A stretch of DNA of 64,000 nucleotides, from positions 60,884,001 through 60,948,000 of the forward strand of contig OX597830.1 in assembly GCA_951406725.2 (NCBI GenBank). The letters run 5' to 3'. This DNA comes from Octopus vulgaris (taxonomy: Eukaryota). This document shows positions 1-12,510 of this stretch, one piece after another (within the stretch, counting starts at the first letter, position 1; each line of letters opens with the position of its first letter). The notes below the pieces were generated by a model, which was not told where the DNA came from, ran no database searches, and saw nothing but the letters and a program-made list of their open reading frames with translations. Position numbers and translations under genes: made by a program.

Positions 1-245
1 GTATATATGTATATATAGATATATATATGCGTGTGTGTGTTTGTCCCCCTAGCATTGCTTGACAACTGATGCTGGTGTGTTTATGTCCCCGTTACTTAGC
101 GGTTTGGCAAAAGAGACTGATAGAATAAGTACTGGGCTTACAAAAGAATAAGTCCTGGGGTCAAGTTGCTCGATTAAAGGCGTTGCTCCAGCAAGGCCAC
201 TGTCAAATGACTGAAACAAGTAAAAGAGTAAAAGAGTAAAGAGTA
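1..245 (+). mobile_element. Same SINE, 3' half
   Basis: Matches 13320-13540. Confidence 0.85.
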
Positions 246-259
246 CAGTACTTCTAGAA

Positions 260-565
260 CTCAGTTTCACTCACAGGGGTGGGTCTTGATGTCTCAGTCC
301 TCTGTGAAGCCCAACATCATGAAATATCTTCCTGGGTCTCCCTCTTCCGTGAGTACCATCCACTTTCAGTGACCAGTATATCTTTATACACCTGTCTTCA
401 TTCATACACATCACATATCCAAACCAATGTAGTCTTCTCTCTTGCATGCTGCATTTGATTCCTCGTATGCCCAACTTTTTTATGAACATGTTTGCACTTT
501 GTCATACATGTACACTGATGTTGCACATCCAATGGAGCATACTGCCTTCATTTCTCTCTAGTTTA
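260..565 (-). mobile_element. RTE ORF C-terminal fragment
   Basis: QERRLHWFGYV..VDGTHGRGRPRK. Confidence 0.85.
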
Positions 566-645
566 TGCATGCCTTCTGCTAATTTGGTCACCTAGGCAGC
601 AGAAGCTATCTACAGCCTCAAGATGGTCTCCTGGGCATTATATAT

Positions 646-955
646 ATTAGGTCATCTCATAAATAATGCAGTTTTTTCAATTGCATGGACTAAAAGTCGG
701 AGGAGGACAGGATAAACTACTTGCATCAACTTGCTATAAAAGCAGGTAGAAAATTTACTTTTGCACTTATTCTTAGTTCAAGTTTTGAAGAGTGCTGTTC
801 GATTTTAACAGCTATTTTTTCAAAGCTATCATGGAAGTAACAAGGGAATGAATATATCCAGCATATTTTGCTTTAGGAGTTCAATAAAGTCAATGATGCA
901 ATGGAAAGTGCAAGGAATATTAATCCATATATGGGGATTGGACAATAAGCATAAG
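646..955 (+). mobile_element. Mariner 5' fragment
   Basis: TIR-like ttaggtcatctcataa after TA. ATG at about 830 gives a degenerate MEVTR..IQHILL*EFNK..AMESARNIN, similar to the N-terminus of the 48726 transposase. Confidence 0.7.
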
Positions 956-1162
956 CATAAGATGTGGTGTGCAAGAGAGACAACTGCACTGGTATGGTCA
1001 TGTGGTGAGAATAGATGAGAATAGCTGTGTGAAAAAGTGCCACTCCTTTGTGGTTGAGGGAACCTGTGGAAGAGGTAGACCCAGGAAGACCTTGGATGAG
1101 GTGGTGAAGCATGACCTTCGAACATTAGGCCTCACTGAGGCAATGACTAGTGACCGGGACCT
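955..1162 (+). mobile_element. RTE ORF C-terminal fragment
   Basis: QERQLHWYGHVVR..VEGTCGRGRPRKT. Confidence 0.85.
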
Positions 1163-1164
1163 TT

Positions 1165-1722
1165 GTTTGTTTGTGCACATGTTTGGATAGTGGGGACATG
1201 TTGTTCATTATCCTAACTAAGTCTGCTATCAGTATATTAATTTTCATGTTGTGTAACAAAGCTGAGTTCTTGTGAACAACATATTTTGAAGTTATGGGTT
1301 TCTTGTAATAGGAGTGGAGGAGCTGCACGCTATTGTTCACAGTCTATAACCAAAGTTCACTATCAAGGACAGGAAATCTATTATTAGGGTGCCTGGTGGA
1401 GTAATCTATAGTTATCTTGATACTTTGGTAGATGGAGTTAGCTACTTGCCGGAAGTTCTCCATTGTGTTCCTCTCAGTTCCTGTACTACTGTTACTGGAG
1501 TTGGTTCTAACTATGATATTAATGTCATCTACATACCTACTGTAAAGTAGAAGAGTTGTGGCCTGTTCTGCTAACATTTGCTTAAGTTTTCTGTCCCACT
1601 AGGTCATGAAGAGGCCGGCTACATCTCCAGCTACACCGACACTGATGGTGACACCTTGAACCTGCATGTGTAGTTTTTGTTAAACTTTACTATGTGGTTC
1701 TTCAATGTGGTTTAACACTGGC
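1165..1722 (-). mobile_element. Penelope-like retroelement RT fragment
   Basis: QVQGVTISVGVAGDVAGLFMT*WD, LYSRYVDDI, IKITID..FPVLD and YYKKPITSKYVVHKNSA follow PLE RT/thumb motif order. Confidence 0.75.
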
Positions 1723-1765
1723 CTCTATTCTACTCTACAAGTAGAGTAGAATAGTTAGTGGGCTG

Positions 1766-2461
1766 TTATGTAGATAGATGTATGTATATGTGTGTGTGTG
1801 GGTGTATGTATATATGTATATATGCATATGCACATGTATATAAGCATATGCATATAAAAGTAAATAGATCAACATACAGATGGTCGGGTACATAGGTTAT
1901 ATGAACAGACAAGCACACATACACACATACACAAATGGAGACTGAAACACATGACCATATATACACACACACTATACTTCACATATGGAAACACACGTCC
2001 ACACATATGGAAATGTACATCCATACATACACAGTTTGTATGTTGCAAAATGCACACACATACACACACACACATACATGCACACACACACATACATAAA
2101 AATACGCAAGCACATGAATATGCAGAATACATACATACAAATAAACATATACACACACACATACATGAATGCACACACATGCATACATACATACATACAT
2201 ACATACATACATACATACATACATACATACATACATGAATGCATGTGTAGGCAAGGTACAGGCACACACTGACCCACACACATGTGCACAAACAAACAAA
2301 AGGGAACGCAGTGTAAATAACGGACAGAGTCAAAACTATTGAAAAGGTTGCAAGATGCAGTGAAAATTTTTTTTAAATAGAAAAGAAACCAGTAGAAATT
2401 TTACCAGTGAGTGTGTTAAACTATAAGGCACTAAAAGAGAATGACTCTCCTCAACCACAAA
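1766..2461 (+). mobile_element. Microsatellite-rich dispersed element (family H3), copy 1
   Basis: (CA)/(CATA)-rich body plus a unique 3' region (aaacaaacaaaa...cggacagagtcaa...ggcactaaaagagaatgactctcc) shared with 9083-9255, 56620-56885 and 59785-60452. Confidence 0.75.
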
Positions 2462-2462
2462 G

Positions 2463-2494
<32 letters not shown>

Positions 2495-2551
2495 AACATG
2501 TATATAAATACATAGTGAAAGTAGTAGAAATGAAACTAATATATATAGATA

Positions 2552-3051
2552 CCATAAATCCTCGAGTATAGTCTGCCCTTGAGTATAATACGCAGGGGTA
2601 TTTTTAGGGGGCTGTACCTCTGAAAAACTTAAACCTTGTGTATAATATGCACCCCTTCTCTAACTAGAGTCAAAGAGGTCTATATAACGTCCTTGGTTTG
2701 TAAAAATGTATATGGTAACATCCTTTATTATTATTGTATATATAACATAATGCAAACGTGTAGCTTTTTTGTGCATTTTGTTTGCAGAAAATAAAGAAAT
2801 AACAGTAATAACATTTAATAAATGTTGCTTACTGCAAGTTATGGATGATTCTTTTATGACTTCATTGCTTAAGGTATTTTCGTGCCCAATATCACAAAAT
2901 GCGTCTGAATAAACATTGCTGGACAACAAATAGAGTCTTAGACATTGCTTAGAAAATAATTTTCATTTTTAACCTCGAATATAGTACACGCTAGGGATTT
3001 TGACCTTTAAATTTTGGGAAAAAAATGCGGATTATACTCAAGGATTTACGG
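2552..3051. mobile_element. Tc1/mariner-pogo-type MITE (500 bp)
   Basis: TA-ccataaatcctcgagtata ... tatactcaaggatttacgg-TA. Confidence 0.75.
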
Positions 3052-3254
3052 TACATAATGAAAGTAATTGAAATTGAAACCATATAATAGTGAAAGTGTT
3101 AATAGAGATGTTATTGTTTCACTTTTGACAGGTAATACTGAAACAGCCTAAGAGTTAACAGATTGCTCTGGGCTCGCATTAGGCAAGAAATTGAAAATTT
3201 TATTTGGCCCATGACACTGCATGGACCCTAAGTAAGGCATGTGTAAAATTTGAA

Positions 3255-4410
3255 TGAAATCAGTTTGCCTGCCTTCCTATTTATTAGGACTTTGGTTTTA
3301 GCTAGGTTGACTCTAAGGCCTTTTGATTCTAATCCTTGTTTCCACACCTGAAACTTCTCCTCTAGTTCTGATAGTGACTCAGCAATTAGAGCAAGGTTGT
3401 CAGCATAGAGGAGCTCCCAGGAGCATCCTGTCTTGAATTCCTCTGTTATTGCCTGGAAGACTATGATAAATAGGAAGGGGCTGAGGATTGAACCTTGGTG
3501 GACCCCTACCTCAACCTGGAATTCTTCCCTGTACTCGTTGCCAACCCTCACCTTACTGACAGCATCCCTGTACATGACTTGCACAGCTCTCACTAACCAT
3601 TCATCTATCCCTAGTTTCCTCATTGACCACCAGATAAGGGATCGGGGGGACCCTGTCAAAGGCTTTCTCCATGTCAACGAAAGCCAGATACAGAGGTTTA
3701 TATTTGGTTAGGTATTTCTCCTGCAGCTGTCTTACCAGAAATATAGCATCAGTGGTGCTTTTCCCTGGCACGAACCCAAACTACATCTCATCTAAACTGA
3801 CTCTCTCCCTAATTAGTTGGGCTATGACCCTCTCCGTGACCTTCATTACCTGATCCAACAACTTGATACCTCTGTAACTCTTTGTATCTAAAGCATCACC
3901 TTTACCTTTGTAGCAGTTGACTATAGTGCTGCTACACCAGTCATTGGGTATGACTCCTTCATGTATCACCTGGTTGACTATATAGGTGACTAGGCTATAG
4001 CTGACACTGCCAGATATTTTGAGCATCTCTACAGTTATTCCTGATGGGCCAGGGGCTTTCCCTGTCTTCATACACTTAATTGCTTTATCTACCAAGGTAC
4101 CGTCAACTCGGATAGCTGGTCCCTCTGTTGGGTCAACATTTGGCAGACTCTCTTTCTTCCATTTTTCTTCATTGAGCAACCTTTCATAGTGGCGTCTTCA
4201 AACCTCTCTCTTTGCAGCATCGTTTAGTGCAAGAGAACCATCATCCATGCGGACACATTTCTCTCCTACAACATCATGATTCTCTCTCACACACTGTCTT
4301 GCAACACGAAATACCTCAAGTCTTTGATCCTCACAGTGCAGAACATTGGCAAATTTTTTCTTATTTGCTTCCCCTCTGGCTAAATAAACCTGTCTCCTAG
4401 CTCCCCTTCT
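3255..4410 (-). mobile_element. RTE-clade LINE RT fragment
   Basis: MKTGKAPGPSG, YKGKGDAL..YRGIKLL, VGVHQGSILSPFLF, ELLYADNL, GLRVNLAKTK. Confidence 0.92.
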
Positions 4411-4703
4411 GCATATATATATATCATCATCATCATCATCGTTTAACGTCCGTTCTCCATGCTAGCATGGGTTGGACGGTTCGACCGGGGATCTGGGAAG
4501 CCAGAAGGCTGCAGCAGGCTCCAGTCTTATCTGGCAATGTTTCTACAGCTGGATGCCCTTCCTAATGCTAACCACTCCGTGAGTGTAGTGGGTGCTTTTT
4601 ACGTGCTACCTGCACAGGTGCCAGGCGAGGCTGGCAATGGCCACGGTGTGTGTGTATGTGTAGAAAGAAGACTGTCGTATATATGTGTATGTGTGTGTGT
4701 GTA

Positions 4704-4751
<48 letters not shown>

Positions 4752-5959
4752 TGTGTTTGTACTCTCACCATTGCTTGATAACCGATGTTGCTGTGTTTAC
4801 GTTCCCATAACTTAGTGGTTTGGCAAAAGGCACTGATAGGATTGGTACTAGGCTTACAAAGAATAAATCCAGTGGGAGATGAATATCATTTAATACACAC
4901 ATGGATTAAATTTGAGCTGTTAATTTCATGTCTCTGAAAATCTAGTGGTCAGACAAGCTTGTATAAAGTGACATGTATCTCCAAGCAATAATACAGTAAT
5001 GTGTGTTCTAACACAACCTCCACATTAAGTTGGAGATCAAGATTACCTTTTGGTATTGATATTGCTTCTGTTACTATTAAACATCTTATATCCTATATAA
5101 TAAATGTGAATGTCAGTGTGTTAGTGTGTCACAATTTCTTAACTTTATTCCTAGATGCCATAGCCCAACATATACCATTTTGGAATCAGGCTGACTCTGT
5201 GAGTAAATCAAAAACATTCTGGGCTGAATCAGGATCCATGATCCTGAAATTTTGGATTACCAAGTTTTCATTATTGCAATTATTTCTGGCGATTTTTTAA
5301 CGTGATTTTTTGGCGACAAATGTTTTTGTACTATAACAGTTTTTACTAGCTGGACCCACGAAGTCTTCACAGAAAAAAAAATGTAAGCATCTGTAAATAG
5401 TGACTTCATTTAATAACTATTGAATAATTATGGGCATAACTACAGATGTATACCCCACCGACTTTGTTGCCTCATAAATGCCTCAGTGTATGTTAAGATT
5501 TGTTTGAAAAAAAGTTTTCTGAAGGGCTAGGGAGAGGAGTTTTGGAAAATTCTCACAGCCTGATATTTTCTGCCTCATAACTTTCAGGAAAATTGATATT
5601 TTTAATGAAATTTTACACAAATACCTTCCAAATGGCATAGAATAACTGTCACAATAGCTTTATCATCCAAAACGAAAAGTTTTCTAGTATTTTCTCTCTG
5701 AGAATAGTTTCATTCTCTTTCACTATCATTCTCTATCCACTCAATATCTTTCATTCACTCAATATTTTTCTAAATATCTTACTCCCTATTCTTTGCCGCC
5801 TTGCCTCCTATTTCAACTATACTTCTCCTGCTTAACAAGTTTCATTTCTCTCTTTTTATCTCTTCCTTTCAACTAAGTGTGACACATACCACAAGTATGT
5901 ACATAACTACATAGGTATTGCTTTTTGAGCCAAAAAATTAACTAACTAACTAACTAATA

Positions 5960-6700
5960 TAGCAATTTTTATAACTTGGAAATAAATTTGGGAATAATCG
6001 AAATAAATTGCAAAATCCAGTGAAAATCACCCATGAAATAGAAATAATTATTTGTATGAAAAGTAAGGACCCACGTCATCAAATTAAGTGGCAGCAGAGG
6101 AATTATCAGCAAACTTTTAAAAGGTAGGCTTAAATATTAATGTAATACTTAAATGCAGCGATCAGTTTTCATTTCTTCTGTAGTTTATTGTTGCCTATTG
6201 CATACAGCAGCAGTATGGCTTGTAAAAATAAATCTCTGCCAACAGAAGACCAGATTACAATCAAAAGAGCCAAGGCTGCAGCGAGGAAAAGAAAGTCCCG
6301 TGCAAATGAAACCCCAGATCAAACAGCAGCCAGAAGAGCTCCCAATGCTGAGAATCTGCAAATACTTATGGACTCTCAAACTTCTGAACAAGCTGCATCC
6401 AGGAGAGCATCAAATGCTCTTACCAAGAGGAGAGAAAGGGCATTAGAAACACTTGAACAAGCTGAATCTAGGAGAACTTCCAATGTAGCCAACATGAGAA
6501 GAGAAAGGGACTCAGAATCACTAGAACAATCAGAAAGCAGGAGAGCTTCCAATGTTGTACAGGAGTTAGCTTAAAAGCTAAACAGTAAAAACAGAAATGA
6601 CAGTTTTCTTTCAGACATAAATTCAATTTGTACATGTCTGATTAATGACAGAAATATTTCCGATGACTGAAAAAAAAAAAAAAAAATGAATGAACATACA
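5960..6700 (+). mobile_element. Helitron-derived fragment encoding STPR-like 23-aa repeats
   Basis: ORF 6215-6574 has RANETPDQTAARR / RALETLEQAESRR / RDSESLEQSESRR repeats typical of Helitron RepHel N-termini. 6580-6700 is repeated at 8515-8704, which ends in CTAG. Confidence 0.55.
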
Positions 6701-6744
6701 TATATATATATATATGTATGAGTGTGTATACACACACAACCTAT

Positions 6745-6958
6745 CTCTTTTACTCTTTTACTTGTTTCAGTCATTTGACTGCGGCCATGCTGGAGCACCG
6801 CCTTTAGTCAAGCAAATCGACCCCAGGACTTATACTTTGTAAGCCCAGTACTTATTCTATAGGTCTCTTTTGCCGAACCATTAAGTTACAGGGACATAAA
6901 CACACCAGCATCAGTTGTCAAGCAATGCTAGGAGGACAAACACAGACACACAAACACT

Positions 6959-6994
<36 letters not shown>

Positions 6995-7166
6995 CATATA
7001 TATGACAGGCTTCTTTCAGTTTCCATTTACCAAATCCACTCACAAGGCTTTGGTCGGCCCGAGGCTATAGTAGAAGACACTTGCCCAAGGTGTCACGCAG
7101 TGGGACTGAACCTGGAACCATGTGGTTGGTAAGCAAGCTAACTACCACATAGCCACTCCTGCGCCT
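6745..7166 (-). mobile_element. Same SINE, full copy
   Basis: Reverse complement of 13153-13540. Confidence 0.88.
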
Positions 7167-7454
7167 ATAATTCTAGAAGTTTTGGAACTTGATTTTCAGG
7201 GAAAAACCATTGCAACTGTCCTAGATTATTGTAATTCTAGTATATCATTGCTATACATTTAATAAGCTGATATGCCAACTTTTGTTATTCCAAATTGAAG
7301 AAGACAGCCGCAACAATACTTTCAACAGACCCTACTAAACACCACTTGTCATAGCTGACTAGTTTGCAGAATTCAGTCATGATGTGAAGACAATTTGGAA
7401 GAAACTTCAGACTCCTTATGGCTTAACTTGTATGAGCTGAGCATTTGTTTTTTG

Positions 7455-7921
7455 CTGGCACAAGAGTCCACTGGGAAGCTCATGATTATCGACTTTTTGA
7501 ACAGTACATCTGATGGGTTCCCTCTGGCCAGACAGTCAACAAAGAGTACTTTGTGGAGGTTTTGAGGAAGAGATTTTGTCACAATAGGCCAGATACCTAC
7601 ATCAGTAAAATGCCCCAGTCCATAATTCCATCCTTCTAACGAACTACTTGGTAGAGATGAAAGTCAAAACTTTCTCACCCTCCTTAGACCTTGCTCCCAG
7701 TGACTTTTGGTTGTTCCCTGAAGCTGAAAAAGATAAAGGAGGCTGTGACAAGTATTCTGAACACCTTCACTTTAGAGGACTTCCTGAAGTGACTGGAGTG
7801 CTACAGTATGTGTATTGAAGTGAGAGGATCCTAATTTGAAGGAAATTAGAGTTTTGTATTCTTTGAAATTGATGAATATCTCTCCTGAAAAAGTTTCAAA
7901 ACTTCTGGAATGCATTCTGTA
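7455..7921 (+). mobile_element. Mariner 3' fragment
   Basis: Degenerate WVPSGQTVNKEYFVEVL, NAPVHNS, DLAPSDFWLFP and CIEVRGS*FEG. Confidence 0.75.
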
Positions 7922-8917
7922 AAACTCTCTATTAAATCGTCGTCGTCGTCGTCATCGTCATCGTCATCGTCATCGTCGTCGTTTTAACGTCCGTTTCCCA
8001 TGCTAGCATGGGTTGGACTATTGTGTGTGTATTTATTATTATACAACTTATAAATTTGCAGGTCTGCGCAAATTAGCTAACAGAAAGAAGAATTGAATGA
8101 TGATTGACCGGGATTTATGAGTGGGAGGATCTCGATGGTATTAGCAAAAAAAAAAATAAAAAATCCTATAAACACTTCAAGCGGAATATTCCCGCTTCCT
8201 ATTATCTGATTGAAAGCATACGTTTCCCACAGAAATATTGAGAATATTCGGTTTTGAACATTTGAACGGAATGGTGGAAGGAATATGGGATTGCATGATT
8301 TATTTCCTTTTCAATAGCGTGTAAAGAGAACGTGAACTGGCAAATCGAAACCGGCTCACTGTAATTTTCAGATCTACATCAATATTACTCAAACAGGGCT
8401 CTTATAACAGATAGGGCTTGCCGCGAACCCTGACATTTCAATTGAAATACTAACACATCAATCTCCATAAATCTTCTCCCTTATCAGATACCTATTAACT
8501 GTTTTTCCTACTAAACAATAAAAACAGAAACGACAGTTTTCTTTCAGACATAAATTTAAACTCAAATTATCATATATATATTTTTAAATCTTGTACTTTA
8601 ATCACGAAAATTGACTACAAATGCATATTAATTTCATCATGTACATGTCTGATTAATGACTAAAAATATTTCCGATACCGGCGTGAATGAACATGCACTG
8701 CTAGCTATTAGTAAGCGCAGTCATAATAAAGCTTCTTCTTTCACCAGTCGTATATCATTATTCTCTTCCCTTCATTTGCTTTTTTTAATGTTTATTTTAA
8801 TTTCCCATTTTACTGTCTTCCTTCTTTATCGAAAATATTCATGTAATTACAAGGTTATTCACGGCTGCAAAGAAAAGAATAGTGAGATTCTTAGCATCGT
8901 CTGTTACAACATGGATG

Positions 8918-8939
8918 CGGAAATGACGTCGCCATATTT
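8918..8939. promoter_or_regulatory. ETS/CRE/YY1-like motif cluster in a CpG-retaining zone
   Basis: cggaaatgacgtcgccatatt = CGGAA + TGACGTC + CGCCATNTT overlapping. Confidence 0.35.
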
Positions 8940-9082
8940 ATAGTTTATACATTATTGTCATTTGTCATGTAACCAGCACGGCTTATTGTGGAAGGAAAGC
9001 TGAAAGAGAAAGTTGGGTTCATATCAGTATGATTCAGAAATGTTAGTGTCGTTCAAAAAATCGAAACACACACACATATATA

Positions 9083-9255
9083 TTTCGCTTCTGGATTTGG
9101 TTTGCAAGATTCTTTATGTGAGTTCGTGCGTTGAAGCATATTCTGTTGTGGCCGGAGAGAGTCATTATCTTTTAGTGCCTTTTAATTTAATACACCGGTA
9201 AAAGTGTTAAATTATAAGACACTAAAAGAGAATGACTCTCCCCAGACACAACAGT
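9083..9255. mobile_element. Family H3 end fragments as an inverted repeat
   Basis: ctgttgtggccggagagagtcattatcttttagtgcc...ttaatacac is inverted against gtgttaaattataagacactaaaagagaatgactctccccagacacaacag. The left part is the reverse complement of 60385-60450. Confidence 0.7.
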
Positions 9256-9297
9256 ATATATATATATATATATATCCACACACACACACACACATAT

Positions 9298-9667
9298 AGA
9301 TAGATAGATAGATAGACAGAGACAGATAGATAGACAGACAGATAGATAGATAGACATATAGATAGATAGACAGACAGAGAGACAGACAGATAGATAGATA
9401 GATAGATAGATAGACAGACAGATAGACAGACAGATAGATAGATAGATAGATAGATAGACAGATAGATAGACAGACAGATAGATAGACAGACAGATAGATA
9501 GATAGATAGATAGATAGACAGATAGATAGATAGACAGACAGATAGATAGACAGACAGATAGATAGATATACAGATAGATAGGTAGATAGATAGATAGACA
9601 GACAGATAGATAGATAGACAGACAGAGAGACAGACAGATAGATAGATAGATAGATAGAGAGACAGAC

Positions 9668-9710
<43 letters not shown>

Positions 9711-9737
9711 CAGACAGACATAGATAGATCGATAGAT
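9298..9737. repeat. (GATA)n/(GACA)n compound microsatellite
   Basis: Direct reading. Confidence 0.97.
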
Positions 9738-10075
9738 AATGTGTGTGTGTGTGTGTGTGTATTGTTCTCTATAAGGAAGTAGTTCTATCCTTGTTCGAAA
9801 ATGACGGAGAACATGTTCGAGCACAGGTTAGCTTTATTATAGGACACTAACTAATCAGCCTCTTATCTTGACATAGTGTACCTATGACTATGCTATTATG
9901 TCTTTTTTTTTTTAAGACAGTAGGATGTGATTTGAAGACAATTTGTCAGACTGCTGTGTGAAGACTGCTAGTTGGAGAGATGTAGATGTAAGAGTGGAAG
10001 GATTTTTATTTTGTACTAATTGGATTTCGTTAGTTTTGTTCCAGTTAGAAGAATGCGTGTTTTCTTAGATTTAGG

Positions 10076-10368
10076 GGTACTACTAGCGAACAGTGGTCCC
10101 GGTGCGCGCACTCGCGCATCCGTGCTAGCTAGTCATGACTAGTCGATCCTTACTTTGTGTTTTTGTGTTATTTACTTTGTTTAAAAAATTATTTAATTTG
10201 TGTTTTTGTGTTTTATTTACTTTGTTTAATAAAAATTATTTACTTTGTGTAAAAAAATTATTTATTTTGTGTTTTATTTACTTTTGATAGGTAGTCGTTG
10301 TAGTATCGACTAGTCACGACTAGCTAGCGCGAGTGCGCGCACCGGGACCACTGTTCGCTAGTAGTACC
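10076..10368. mobile_element. Merlin-like MITE with 8-bp TSD
   Basis: TIR ggtactactagcgaacagtggtcccggtgcgcgcactcgcgc... TSD gatttagg at 10068-10075 and 10369-10376. GG..CC termini. Confidence 0.85.
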
Positions 10369-11146
10369 GATTTAGGTAACAGCAATATATAGAACAAATC
10401 GTTCGCTAATGTAAATTAAATAATCAGTGTTTGACAAACAATAATAAATCTCTGACTGAGAAGTAAATAGTAGAAGCACGGAATCGTGAAGTATATTTGC
10501 GACCTAAATCTGGCGGTCCCATAGGGGACGGTGCTACTGTTGTTCATAGCCCCAGGAAGACATCTCCAGCTGGCTAACGACAAACTGTGTCCGAAGGGAA
10601 AATCATGATTCCCATCTCTAGCCTTATATATAAAAATAACTAGGTAGACTTATTTATTGAGAATAAAGAGATTTCAGTGTGGATACGATATCATGCAGAT
10701 AATGATTTAGGAAGTACCACTCCCTCAATTTCAAGTATCCTATCCATGCTCTCATGTGTAAAATTAGAGTACACATTTTTGTGGAGGAGGGGGTGGATAG
10801 ATATGAGATCTTTTCTGTTGGTGTTACAGTTTTTAATTTTTAAAAAATTTTGTTCCAATTGTTTTGAAATTTGGTGTACCGATTTAGTTTTGTATGCTAA
10901 TTATGAAAATGAAATTCTTTTTTGCCATAAATTAGCAAATTTTGGGTAATTTTAGCCAATTGAAAGTCACAGATGCATTGGTGCTTATTTCCATAGTAAC
11001 AAGAGCTGTTGTCACCATCTTTCTTTTTTTTTTTCTAGCCTTATGTATTTTTTCTGAAGCTGTATTTTTTCTTAAACTCTAACCCTTGCCACTAGTTCTA
11101 ACATACAGTTTGTTGCTTTTGTAATTTTTCTCAAAATATTTCATTG

Positions 11147-11560
11147 AGGCACAGGAGTGGCTGTGTGGTAAGTAGCTTGTTTACCAGCCACATGGTTCCG
11201 GGTTCAGTCCCACTGCATGGCACCTTGGGCAAGTGTCTTCTACTATAGCCTCGGGCCGACCAAAGCCTTGTGAGTGGATTTGGTAGACGGAAACTGAAAG
11301 AAGCCTGTCGTATATATGTATATATATGTATGTGCATGTATGTTTGTGTGTCTGTGTTTGTCCCCCTAGCATTGCTTGACAACCGATGCTGGTGTGTTTA
11401 TGTCCCCGTAACTTAGCGGTTCGGCGAAAGAGACCGATAGAATAAGTACTGGGTTTACAAAGAATAAGTCCCGGGGTTGAGTTGCTCGATTAAAGGCGGT
11501 GCTCCAGCATGGACGCAGTAAAAATGACTGGAACAAGTAAAAAGAGAAAAGAGAAAGAGA
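11147..11560 (+). mobile_element. Same SINE, full copy
   Basis: Matches 13153-13540. Confidence 0.88.
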
Positions 11561-12227
11561 GGATTTTTTTCCTTTCTAAATTATTTACATACTTTTTCAA
11601 CTGTTTCACATGACTTAAGTTATTAAAATAATTTTTGTCGCTGTAATGTTTTGCTTTCATTTTGGTTATTGAAACTTTTCGTAATGTTTTTGCTTTCACT
11701 TTGTGATAGACAGCTTTCACCCACAAAATTGTCAGCTTCCAAATTTCTGTTTTCTGATCGGGTAAAAATGATCAAACTTGAAACTATTTTCTAAAATTTT
11801 TCTAGATAATCAGATTCAGCGTGAAAAATTACTTTAATATTACAAAATTTGAAAATTTTCACTTTATTGTAAAATTTCAAAATCTGTGACAGCAACAGAA
11901 AAGATGCTAATTCTCAATTATTCTCTTTCAAATCTCTTTTGGGATTGATAAAATAAATAGCAGTTGAGCACTGGGATCTAGGTAATTGACTTCCTGGATC
12001 TTGTCAGATTTCTTCGAATTTCTTCAAATTTTCACCAGATTATTTTTAAAAAATGTAGTTCTAATGTAGTTTTGCTAGCTGATGAGAATCATATTCATTT
12101 TCTCAGGAAATTAATAATAGAATAGTTACAAGCATTTAAAAACTATGTGATTTTAGCCAATCAAAGCGGTGATATTATTTACATTATTTATATTTGATGG
12201 ATATTTGTCCTCATCTTGTTTGTTGTT

Positions 12228-12273
12228 AACACAATGTTTTAGCTGATATACCCTCCAGCCTTCATCAGGTGTC
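12228..12273 (-). ncRNA. Minimal hammerhead ribozyme motif (H1 copy A, decayed)
   Basis: Minus strand gacac-CTGATGA-a-ggctg-gagggtatat-cagct-AAAA-catt-gtgtt. GAAA is mutated. Confidence 0.65.
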
Positions 12274-12464
12274 TTGGGGAAATTTTGAACCTGGGTTCTC
12301 ATTCCTAAAGTTTTTTTCGATGTTGTTGTTGTTATTATTATTATTATAATTACTCCAAGATTCTGAGTTCAATTCCAGGCAGTGACTTGAAAAATAATAA
12401 TAACAACAACAACAACATCGAAAAATACCTTAGGAATGAGAACCCAGGTTTGCAATTTCCCCAA

Positions 12465-12510
12465 GACACCAGATGAAGGCTGGCGGGGATATCAGCCGAA
12501 ATGTTGTGTT
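12465..12510 (+). ncRNA. Minimal hammerhead ribozyme motif (H1 copy B, decayed)
   Basis: gacac-CAGATGA-a-ggctg-gcggggatat-cagcc-GAAA-tgtt-gtgtt. U4 is mutated. Confidence 0.65.

Noticed and set aside
49-270. Recurrent short ORFs (FDCGHAGAP, ASFSFRLPNPLTR, FLQLDALPNANH)
   Set aside because: Translations of SINE and RTE UTR copies repeated throughout the window.
1766-2333. Overlapping Cys/Val/Tyr/His/Thr-rich ORFs (also at 9212-9824 and 59516-60376)
   Set aside because: Translations of microsatellites, open in several frames.
6188-6574. 128-aa ORF as a host gene
   Set aside because: Short STPR-like repeats embedded in repeated, Helitron-like DNA. A transposon fragment is more likely.
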